DNA of 64,000 bases from Podarcis vaucheri (taxonomy: Eukaryota). The position numbers were made by a program, and so were the translations under genes. Below, in pieces: positions 1 to 11,600 of the stretch. The notes beneath the pieces were generated by a model. The model was not told the origin of the DNA and searched no databases. It was given only the letters and a program-made list of their open reading frames with translations. How positions within the stretch are numbered: position 1 is the stretch's first letter; every line of letters begins with the position of its first letter. The DNA is taken from NCBI GenBank assembly GCA_965113315.1, contig OZ220363.1. The stretch is one strand, 5' to 3'.

Positions 1-1098
1 ATAATGACTTTCAATTAAGGCTGTTATTAATTTGAACTGTTTCATTTCAGTATCTTTACCGGTAATTTCAAAATGTGTGCCAGTGGAGATTAGAGTACAG
101 TGCAGGGATTGCCAGCAGGCCTGAAGAGATAAATAATTAAACTTTCCTATGAACCCAGAATATCCACCGACAAAAGAGGCTGAAACACACCATGATAAAT
201 TCCTGGGCAGGGACTTATGCAAGAACATGGGGAGCAGGCTCCTCATGATGTTATTATATCCTGTTATCTTCCCCATATAATGGATGAGGCCTGCCCCAGG
301 TAGCATATCTTGGATGTCATGAAAGGGCAGCCTACTATCAGTTACTTAACTTATTATTGTGTTTTTACTGGCAGAAAGTGGGAGAGGCACTTGCGGGATT
401 TATTTATGTCTCAGTGATAAAATAACTTGACTTGGTGCCATTTGCTGCTTCATTTCAGGCATCAAAATGTATTGGGTCAGCCTTGGATAGCACTGTAGGC
501 ATGTTTATTTTTTGAAAGAATGAGAGCTATGGAAAAGGAAAATAGACTAGTGAATGTGTCTTCATTAAGTATAATTTGTGCTCAGTTATCTTCAGCATTT
601 CGGGCATATCATAGGGATTTGAATAATTGGATGTAAACAGGAGTGGTGTTTCCTTAACATTTCATGATGAATACAAAAAGAAACTGAATGAAGAGCCAAG
701 TTCTTTTCACCCCATAGCTAATCTTTGAAACACTATGTAAGTCTATTCTTTGACAAATTTAAAATGCAATTCTTCTTAATCATGATCATTTGGAGAAAGT
801 TCCACTTGAAACCATTCAGATTGGCATGGTTATGTTTCCCTATGTAAAATAAACAACTCCCTGAAAATATAAAGCTAGCAGAACAGGGAAATAACTGGTC
901 TATAACCCTTCCCTAGTTTGCTAGTTTCCTGCTTGCATGGAATTATTTTCTTGGGGGAAGCACTCTCGACCAGCTCATGGGTCTACTATCTCATTCTCTT
1001 GCATGTGCAGTAGTTCCAGTCAAGTAAATCCTTTGAAAACAAGCCAAGATCTCCTCCCTTAATATAAGCTATGTGAAAGGTGTTTGGAAATGCAATTA

Positions 1099-1267
1099 CC
1101 GTATTTTTTGCACCATAACACTCAGTTTTTTCCTCCTAGAAAGTAAGGGAAATGTCTGTGTGTGTTATGGAGGGAATGCCTACGGGGTGGCATGCCTACG
1201 GATTTTCCTCCTCTAAAAACTGTGTGCGTGTTATGGTCGGTTGCGTGTTATAGAACGAAAAATACGG
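1099..1267. mobile_element. Tc1/mariner-pogo-type MITE
   Basis: TIRs CCGTATTTTTT...AAAAAATACGG flanked by TA (1097-1098 and 1268-1269). Confidence 0.75.
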
Positions 1268-1813
1268 TACATCCTCAATGTGAAAAAGTGTTCCATGTGC
1301 CTTAAACAGTCTCACCCTGATAAATTTTGAAACCCTTGCTAATGGCCCTTTTGAGGTTAGGCTGATGAGAACCCATCCTCTTGAGCCATAGGCTCTCATA
1401 GACCTATCAACCCCTTCATCAGTAGGGCGTAAACTGTGTGCTTCCAAGTAGGAAGCGTATTACATTGAGGAACTAAAAGTAACTGATACAGCAAACAGGA
1501 ACACTAAGAAGAAGCGTGCTGGCTGAAAATTATTGGATACACATGGAAGAATCAACAACATTGGTGCCTTAGCAATTCCAGAAGCATATTTCTTTTAGGG
1601 AAAGATGCTTTGCCTATGTGTCATTAGACACAGCTGTCAGATAAATTGAAGACAGGCAAGTACACAAGTAGGGGCAACGTATGCATTAAGAGGCACTCTA
1701 TGGAAAAACTGAAGTTCATTGCATAAATGAATGGATCACTCTTGCTTTTATCTCCTACTGTCGATTATATTTTCTTTCTCGGTGCCAGGCGACACTGTCA
1801 CATTCCTCCAGAT

Positions 1814-1951
1814 CAGCCTTTCTCAACCTGTGGGTCCCCAGATGTTGTTGAACTACAACTCCCATCACCCCTAGCTAGCAAGGCCAGAGCTCAGGGATGA
1901 TGAGAGTTGTAGTCCAACATCATCTGGGGACCCACAGGTTGAGAACCGCTG
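1814..1951. mobile_element. Palindromic hAT-type MITE
   Basis: Near-perfect self-inverted element (CAGCCTTTCTCAACCTGTGGGTCCCCAGATG ... CATCTGGGGACCCACAGGTTGAGAACCGCTG) with 8-bp TSD CTCCAGAT (1806-1813 and 1952-1959). Degenerate relatives occur near 2650-2772, 16410-16540 and 25371-25510. Confidence 0.8.
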
Positions 1952-3572
1952 CTCCAGATGATCATGTAGATGCAGTTCTTAATTTTGGGCTCCGGAATCC
2001 ATGACCTTGCAGGGGCTTCCTCCATATTCACTCAATTCAAAATATGGCAAGCCAGTCCTCCTGCATTTGGGGCAGCTTTCCTGCTCATTCTGCTGAGAGG
2101 GGCCCTGGACCTCTGCCCCAAAGCCCTGCCCTGGCAGCACCACTGTGTGCAGATGCGCAGTGTTGGGTTGTGAAGAAAGACTAGTGCTAAACAATACTGT
2201 ACATACATGCAACGAGCCAGCAGATATTTCATGTGGCCACATCTGTACCTTTCGCACAACCTACTAACAGAAATAGGTTTGCCATCACCCTCATGCGTAG
2301 AGCCCTACTAGCCTTTCATCATGTTGCTGCCTATATAGTTATGCGGAGGAATTTGCAATGTGAACTGGCCCTGATGAGATTCTACTATCAATCATGGGAC
2401 CCACGGTAAACAAGCCCATTAATTGGAGCTATTGCCAAATCACACTAGGAACACACCCAAGTATTGCACGTGTAATCTTAAAAAAAGAAAGACACGTTCA
2501 AAAGAATGTTGGTTCTGATTCATACACTTCCCCAAAAGAAAAATCATCACCAGCTGTGCAACAAGATGCATCAAGACCAGTCTAAATGTGGGGGGGAGAT
2601 CTTAAGTGCAAAGGCAAATTAGGGTTGGAGGTGGGGGGTACTAACCAGTCTTCCCCAGCCCAGTGTGCTCAGGATGCTTTGTACTACAGCTCCAATCATC
2701 CCTGACCATTGGATCATGCTGCTGGGAGTTGTAGTCCCATACAACTTGGGGGACCTATGTTTGGGAAGGCTGGTAGGCTGGTCCATTGGGGCAAGTGAGG
2801 GACTGCCCCACCAAGCTCAGTTAACCAGCTTTCCTTCCTTATTTACAACCAGTCTTGGGGGGGGGGAGATGTCAGCTCCCTCTTCCTCCTCAATCTCAGG
2901 GTTTCCCCTTGTTGCAGAGAATTCAGCAGGGACGAGGATGGAGACAAAACTAGAATTAGTTGGCTCTGCCTGTCATTGGCTCTGGCTCCACCTACTATTG
3001 GGCTCCCCAACTTCTACCCCGCCAGTATCAATGGGCACCAGCCACCACTATAGACCACTTATGAATCCAGATAAAGCACTGTCACCAAGTTATGAAAACT
3101 TTCAGTGAGAGGTTATTGCCAGCTTGGTTCATCATGTGATTCCCCCCCATCTGTTTTGGAAGGCAAGCTTTTGCATAGGAGCCCAGCTTCTTAATTAGTG
3201 AAAATCAGGGCAAGAAACTTGCTAAAACTACTATTAGAACTTTGTGTCCCTGAACCATTAGCTTGTAGTTTAACTGCCACATCACTCATCTTACCCCTAA
3301 TTAAACCCAGATGAATGCTTTCAATGTTAATACTCAGATAATTTAATAAAGCTGCACAGGCAGTAAAGTAACAATAAGCTTCTACAAAAAGCTTTCCAGA
3401 TGTTGCAGAGGCAAATACAAAGCATCAAAATAAAAACTTTTTTTAAAAAAAAGATTGGGAAAGCAAAACTTGGCACGAACTATAAACTAATTAAATATGA
3501 GGATGAGGTCTCCAAGAATAAATTGAAGACATAAGGGTTTGGTGGTAGCCAATAATGATTGTACTAGTCAAC

Positions 3573-3625
<53 letters not shown>

Positions 3626-3633
3626 TCACACAC
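3573..3633. repeat. Compound microsatellite (TCTG)n(TC)n(CA)n
   Basis: Directly visible. Confidence 0.9.
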
Positions 3634-5489
3634 AAACATCGGAATTCACCAATCATAGGATTACTGTCTCTTTTGTAATGCAAAATTTCATTTTATGCAC
3701 CAGGAAATGGGATGGGAGATTTATTGCTGGTTGCCAGAAACTAGAGAACAATAAAGGGTCAAATCTGAATATTGGTATAAAATATTCTTTGGAAGAACAT
3801 CATGATAATCAGAACCAGATATCTAGGTCTGCTTTTCAGCTTCTGAAACAGCGTCCATTGACTCTTGGCTATAACAAATTTGCTGAGTACTGAATCTAAC
3901 AAAATTGCTCTGCCTCATTCCAAAGAATTGGGGAGCTTTGCAAGCTTCTAGTAGCAAGGGTTAGGAACCCTGATGGCCACAGGATTTCACCTGTGGATGA
4001 GATTAAGTTTAATAGTGTTTTCCTTGACCCTCACTGAAACTGACTTGGGAGGCAGGCCATTGTTCTGTACTGTCTTGATCTTTCAATCAAGCATGTTGCC
4101 TTAATTTGCTATTCTGCTACTTTTGGTCTTCTCCATCTGTCAGAGCTGTGCCAGATAGGTCAACACAAATGTTTGTGGGAGAGAAGGCCTTTTCTGTGTG
4201 ATCAGCCAAAATGTGTCCCAATCACATTTTAGCCCTTGCTTGATACTCCCTCCTAGTCTTGTTCATGTGAAAAGGTAATGTCAGAGCGGTTCTGAGAGCA
4301 TCACACATGGGTCGTCCCCGGACCACAGCACCATATGTACAAGATAGTTATGCTCAGCCCATTTTGAGTGTACAGAACTTACTGGATTCTGCTTCCTTTG
4401 GAAGGAGGTCAGTGGCATGCTTATGGAATTTTGTAATATGTGAGTTCATTTACAGATATGAAGGTTGATTATAGGTAAAGACACAGCTTAAATACTTTGA
4501 AAGACAGCCAAAGTCTACATCAGATCACCAGATCATCAAATCACCAGGGGCTTAATTTCCCCGAATACTTTGATTCAAACTGCATTTCCTATCGTTTCTC
4601 TTCACACACAAGACATCTAGATTACATCATCAAGGGGGAGGAGGTCTGCTTTTGCCCGATTCATAAGACGCAAGGAGGATTATCTAATAATTAGTTTCCA
4701 TGGAAACACATCACCTGAATACTCAGGACTATTAACAGCCTCCTCTGTCAAGACTCTGGCACATACTGCCTTACCAAAAAAAGAAAAAGGGGGGGGGGAG
4801 AAACAACTTACAGCAAAACCCATTGCAGTATATTGCACTTTGAGTGCTCAGTGGATACAATATCCCCATAACAGAAGTGCAACCTTGAGAGAAGATGAAG
4901 TTTGCTATAAGCCGATGCATTAACATAAACGTATGCAGAAACACCCAGAAAGCTTGTGACTGTGCATGTTAGTGAAAGTTGTTTTGCATGTTGGTGTGAC
5001 AGTGTGTGGATGTATGAATGCAAGACACAGAATTAATGAGTGCACTTTTAATGAGGCCTAAAGGTCAGTGTTTGCTACAGAAAGAGAATCCCCTTATCCC
5101 CCCCCCCACAAACACACACAAAGGGCTCAGCTATACAGCTGCAAATAAAATGTTTTAAGTGTGTTGTCAAGTGCATTATACAAATGTGACACTAGATGGC
5201 AATGGTGAGCTATGGCAAAGTCAATATATTTTTCAAAACGTTTTTGAAAAAAGCATTTTCACAACATGTTTTTATGTGTATCTAGATTCCACCAAACACA
5301 CACATTCACATGGTGCTTGCAATATGTGAAACCTGTGCGTTCCCTCCCCGTGGATGACTGTCTCATAGTACCGTATGTCAATTAATGACCCATGTGTGAA
5401 CTCAGAATCAGCAGATGAGACGTATGTACAAAATGGGTCATTCAAACAACTAAAGATGCTCCTTTTGTTTGATTTCTTTTTACTCACAG

Positions 5490-5640
5490 CACATGACGGC
5501 CAAGGAGGGCGGAATGTGAAGAGCAATTTATGTAAGTGGTGTAATAACACGTACCCAGTCTGTAAAGATCAGGAGTGCTACAGCAACTGTGATCTCAGCT
5601 CCTATTGTGAAAAGTCAGAGGAAATCTGTGTGTCTATATG
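5490..5640 (+). CDS. TGFBR2L: TGFBR2-like exon 2 (ectodomain N-half: [50 protein letters not shown])
   Basis: Pyrimidine tract and CAG acceptor at 5487-5489; donor TG|GTAAGC at 5641. Cys spacing matches TGFBR2 LCKFC...[22 protein letters not shown]. Confidence 0.9.
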
Positions 5641-8600
5641 GTAAGCAGGCAAAGAGCACCAACCCTCATTAAGCACATCCCTAATGGGCGATGAAACAAA
5701 CTGTCAATGAAATCAAATGCACAGATATATTAGAATATGGGTAAAAGGAAATATATACATTATAAGCAGGGCTTTTTTAAACCCTCTCAGGTGGGTTCTG
5801 GCACCTCTGTTAATAAAAGCATTTACATATTAAATGTAAAATAAAGTGTAAGAACATAGTTACGGAAAGATCCACACCTAGCAGTTACATTTTCCAACTG
5901 CTGCACATTATATCTTGAGGATTCTAATAAGTACAAAGTCATGGTTGGGGACCAGCAATTGACATTTTTAATTTATATGGGAGTTCATCTGATAGGAATG
6001 AAAGTGTTGTCCTGTACCTTCCCCCCTTTAAATGTGGGGGTTTTGATCCTGTCGATTTTGGACTTTCCAAGGATGGAAAAACCTTACATTTCCAGGTTCA
6101 AGACAACAGTATGATGAGGAGGCTGCCATGTGGACACCACTACTTTAATGGGGAGGCAGGCAGGTGCAAATATGTGTTTTGCTCCAGTGTGGACAAGCCC
6201 AAAGACAACTTTTGGATACACTTCCAGTTGGCATCGGGAAATATTAACAGCCTTGGGCAGCATTCACCTAATGAGCCCCATCAGCAGAAGCCCCGTGCAA
6301 GGACCTCCAGTTGTGCAACAAGACTCCCCCTCCTCCCCAAAATGGTCAGGAGAACCCCAGAACAATATGCGGGGTGAGGAGAGGAAAGAATAATTCCATC
6401 TGGCAAGCCGCAGAACATTTGTAACAGGCGATTGTGAATTCCACCCCTTGTACAAAGCACTGCTTAGGCTACTGTGTACATCTATAGAATCATAGAGTTG
6501 GAAGGGATCCAAGGGTCATCTAGTCCAACCCCTGCAATACAGGAATATCAGTTAAAGCATCCATGGCAGATGGCCATCCAAACTCCGCTTAAAATCCTGC
6601 AAGGAAGGAGAGTCCACAGCCTCCCGAGGGAGACTGTTCTACCGTCGAACAGCTCTTACTGTCAGAGAGGGATGCGGGTGGCGCTGTGGACTAAGCCACT
6701 GAGCCTCTTGGGCTTGCCAATCAGATGGTTAGCGGTTCAAATCCCCATGACGGGGTGAGCTCCCATTGCTCTGTCCCAGCTCCTGCCATCCTAGCCGTTT
6801 GAAAGGACACCAGTGCAAGTAGATAAATAGGTACCACTGTGGTGGGAAGGTAAACGGGGTTTCCATGCACTCTGGTTTCCATCACGGTGTCCCGTTGCAC
6901 CAGTAGTGGTTTAATCATGCTGGCCACATGACCTAGAAAGCTTTCTGCAGACAAACACCAGTTCCCTTGGCCTGAAGTGAGAAGTCACCTTGGACTGGAC
7001 TTAACCGTCCAGGGATCCTCTACCTTTTTACCTTTACCTTACTGTCAGAAAGGTTTTCTGTATGTTTAGTTGGAATCTCCTTTCTTGTAACTTGAAACTA
7101 TGTTCAGGACTGATTTATTATTTGTTTATGAACAAGTACATAAATGTTGGCTTACATTATTCTACCTTCACAGTGATCATTTTTCCGATTAATTATGCAT
7201 TTCAGGAAACAAGACAACGAGAGCATTAGAGTGAGTACTCTTTGTCACAATCCACAGCTTCCTGTGGAAAATGTCATGGTTCCCAAGTATAACACATCCC
7301 AGTGTGTTATGGTCCGTCAGCAAAATGAGGAGGGGATATTTTATATCTGTGGCTGTGTGAATGAACAGGAATGCAATGACAAACTCATTTTTGAAAAGCA
7401 CACCAATGGTGAGTATTCTTCCTGATTTGAGTCCACCTTTCCCCATCTTAGAGGAGATTATTTTTATTGAGACTGTTGGCAGTGGCAGACTTTGGGCTTT
7501 AAAATTTCAGTGGCACTCTCACCTTCTGTTGTTTGTCATTGTTGCGATGCCCCCGGTGTTGCACCCAGTGTAGGCAAACTGACTGTGCTCCCCTAAATCC
7601 GCCTCTGCCATTGGGGTGCGTGTGTTAAATTCTTTCTCCCCCACCTTCATTCCCAATCATTCTTGCCCCTGCTGCAATTGGGGTGAAAGGGGGGAGGAGA
7701 GGACTGATATAAAGGCAATGTTATTTGGGTTGAAATGATTGAGTCAATTCATAGAGAGGAGAAAAAAATGACTCAAGCACAATGTAGAAAATGGCTAGAC
7801 TGAACAATCTAACCTGGCGGATTACAGTGGTACCTTGGTAGTTGAACGGCTTGGCTCCCAAACAAATCAGCATCTGAACGCTACAAACCCGGAAGTGAGT
7901 GTTCCTGTTTACGAACGTTTTTCGGAAGCCAGACATCCAACACAACTTCCGCAGCTTCTGATTGAGTGCAGGAAGCCCCTGCAGCCAATCAGAAGCCACA
8001 CCTTGGTTTTTGCACCATTTTGGGAGTCGAACGGATTCTCTTGAATTTAGAAAACCAAGGTACCGCTGTAGTAACACCAGTTGGCCGTTTCCACCTGGGG
8101 AAATGATGCGGCTATTCAACTGAATTTTAAGAAGCTTGACTTTCTGAGCTCTGAAGGGGTGGGGAGGGAAGCTGGACAGAACATGAGAGGGGGGTGTTTT
8201 GTTCACAACATTATAGATTCCCCAGAAAAAAGTGAGAGAATGCAGTGTAAATATTCCACAGTAAATGCTCAGTGTGGCCTATGTTGCAAGGCAGGGAAGG
8301 AGTTCTGCCTAAGGTCTTGTTGACTGTCAAAGTAGATCAGTTACAGTAACTGACCATGAAAGTAGACCAGTAGTAGCCAACAAGGTGACCTCTAGATGCT
8401 GCTAGACTTGTGGGCCTTAGCCAGCGCAGCTGATGGCCAGGGAAGATGGGAATTGCAGTCCAATAACATTGGAAGGGCAGCATACTGGCGACTCATGGTG
8501 GATTGATGGTTTGACTCCATAGGCATATGTTCAAGCCAGTATTATTTTAGACTTGTAAGCTAAGCCATCGCTTTCAGTGTTGACCTTATCAGATGTTAGT

Positions 8601-11600
8601 TTTGCGAGGAATGGGATCTGTTTCCTGCTTATACAGTCTAAAAACAGAGATGGCCCAACCACACTCCCCCCCTCCCAAACATTCCATTGAAAGTTTGCCT
8701 GTCAGGCAAAAACATAAAACACCAGGCTGGGTCATGTGTGGGAAGGAACAAAATGTAGCAGGGAGATGCCTCTCCCCAGCCCTCCTGCCCTAATTGTGGG
8801 TCTGCTTAGTTTGGACCAAACTGTGGCAAAGTTTGATGCAGTTTTTGAGCTGTGAAACTGAAACTTGAGTTTATCCAATGTGATCTCCTGTGCAATGATT
8901 ACGTAGCCTGATTTAGGAAGAAAATCGCCCCTTAAGTCACATTATCAGCTTCAGAATCTATAGCTGAATTATAAATGGTGCTCCAGAAAATTCCGCAGGC
9001 ATGATGGGCAGACTATTTATTTTAATGCAACATTTAATGCAAATATTTATTTATATGACATGTGATATTACATATAAAAATCAAGGTTAGAACTGTTGTA
9101 TCTTAATTGCATGGAAAAACAAGTAAAAAAGCAACAGAAGTGACAACAAACCGTATTTGGAAGCAAGAGAGCAGTAGAATCTCAGTTGAACATGTAGGAA
9201 CTTAGCATTCTGTGGTTGCTGTCATTGCACGCAGTTGATACTGTTCGCTGTGGTCTGGCTTACACCATAACACTAAGCCAGACCATGGCTAAGTGTGAAT
9301 GTGCAAGTGTTCAGGTAGCAACAGAAAAAATCACAGCCACTTCACTGTTCCCTCAGTCCTCCTGCAGCCATGCTACCTTGAGTTAAGCAATGGTTTGACA
9401 TGTTAAATCTGTCCAGGGAGAGAAACTTGAGCATGGGTTTGGACATAACATTAAGCGAAATCATACCTTACTTTACAGCAGGAGGACTGGAGTGAAACAG
9501 ACTTGATTTTTACTGTAAAAACACACACTTATTCAGGCTTAGCCATGGTTTGGGCTTAACATTATGTGCACACAGGGCCAGTGACTGTTCTCTCAGCAAG
9601 GAATATATGAGCAACCACTTTCTTTTTTTAACACAGACCAAGTCCACATAACATAAAACGGAACTGTTTGACAGGAAAAGCATAATAACATGTGGCTGTT
9701 AAATGAATTATCATTTTAGTTATCAGTAAGTTACACTGTTGATTATGATCACATCTTATGGCAGCCAGTGCCAAGGTCAAATGGACAGTGCAGTGGCGGC
9801 GACAAAAATCATTGCTTTTCATTATAGACCAGGGGTAGGCAACCTAAGGCCCAGGGGCCAGATGTGGCCCAGTCACCTTCTCAGTCCGGCCCATGGACAG
9901 GTAGAATGTGTGCTTTTATTTAAAATGCATCTCTGGGTTATTTGTGGGGCATAGAAATTTGTTCATTCCCCCCCCCCATATAGTCCGGCCCACCACATGG
10001 TCTGAGGGACGGTGGACCGGCCCACAGCTGAAAAAGTTTGCTGACCCCTGTTATAGACAGTGCATTTTTCCTGGAGGGGACGCAGGGGTACACATACCCC
10101 TAAACATTTTGTGAATCTTTGTACTTTTGTCCATTTACTGTATTTCCTTTTCCCGATTTGAACTATAAAATGGTGGTTTTCTTGAGTCAAAATGAGAGTA
10201 CCCCTAAAAAAAAAATTAAGAATAAAAGCACTGATTATAGATATACTGTGTGTGAAGTTTTATACCTCAGGCCCTTTAGAGTTAGCAGAATGCAAAGAAA
10301 CTCATATTCTCTTGGCTTCCTTGGATCATTTAAAGCAGTAGCACATTATTGTTTGGTGTTCAGAAAGTAGCATACCATATTCATTATATGCCATTTATCC
10401 TCCTACACCCTTTTGAGAGCAGACAAGGACCATAGGAAGGTGGCCAAGGCTATATTATAACTCTAAATCTACCTAATAGAGATTATATTGCTCGATTCAG
10501 AATATATCCATTGAGGAATATTTAGATGCCCTCAACATTCTTGTTTCATTTGACCGTGAGGCGGGTTTTTTTCTTTCTTCCAGAACCAATTCATTTCTGG
10601 CAGAGAAAGCAGTGGGAGGCACAGAGAAATATGAGGCGATGGTTTTCCTTTTCTTTACATTTCAGCATTTGTTTTCATAGAAAACAACTGCTTGCCTGAT
10701 AATTCTTCAGGCTCATTTAATGATCCCTGCTACAAGCTGATGACTTTGCAGCCCGGGAGGCAACATACTTAAGCAGCTGATGGGAATTATGTACACAGTT
10801 ATTACTTCAGGGTTTGCACATAAGAGAAGTCCTGGAAAATCCTATGAAAACCATTCTGCTTTCCATTGGATTTCACAGCCTTTAGCGACGTAGTCATACC
10901 CATCAGGTAAATCCATTAGAGAAGCAGGAGATAGCCAGGCTTCGCGCTTTCCAAAACAAACTCAAATTATATCATTTGAGGCTGATCCTGTGGTTTGAAC
11001 TCAATGCCTATTTTACAAACATTCACAGCTTAGCAGAAGTTAGCTGTGGCAGATTTTTATTTTTTTGTAAACTGCCAAGTAAAACAGCCAAGTGCTTTGA
11101 GTTTCTTTTTCCAGTATCTGAACTGTAGGCTGCACCCACTGAGGTCATGCAGCAAAGGCTTTTTGCTTAGGGGATGGCTCTTGAACTTCTCTTCCTCACT
11201 ATTATACTTGGCCAAGAATCCTTTCAAAGATTTTATTTGAATTTCATGAGTAGCAGTGAGGAACTGCGCCTATCTCTTTGCAACGGGGTATCTCATATCT
11301 TGCTTGTATTGAAAACAACTCCCCTGGCTCCCAGCAGTTTTCAAGTTCAGTTGAAAGTGCCAGTATTAACTCTTAAAGCCACACAGTTTATCTTCCTAAT
11401 ACCTGATGGGCCATCTTCTCCCATATCAATCTGCTCATCCACTGAGGTCACTGCCTGAGGCCTTCCTTAAGCTGGTCCCACCATCTGAAGTGTGGTGGGC
11501 AGTGACCAAAAAGAGCCTTTTTAATGTAGATCCTCAGCTTTGGGGTGCCAACGTTCCTAGAGAGACCCTTATTACTCTCATTTGGCTGCCAGGCAAAACC

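Noticed and set aside
4093-4160. Hydrophobic stretch FAILLLLVFSICQSCAR resembling a signal peptide
   Set aside because: In-frame TAA after the upstream ATG and TAG before any donor.
4307-4407. ATG GGT CGT (MGR..., like the human TGFBR2 start) as candidate exon 1
   Set aside because: No hydrophobic signal-peptide core, and the available donor gives phase 2 whereas exon 2 needs phase 1.
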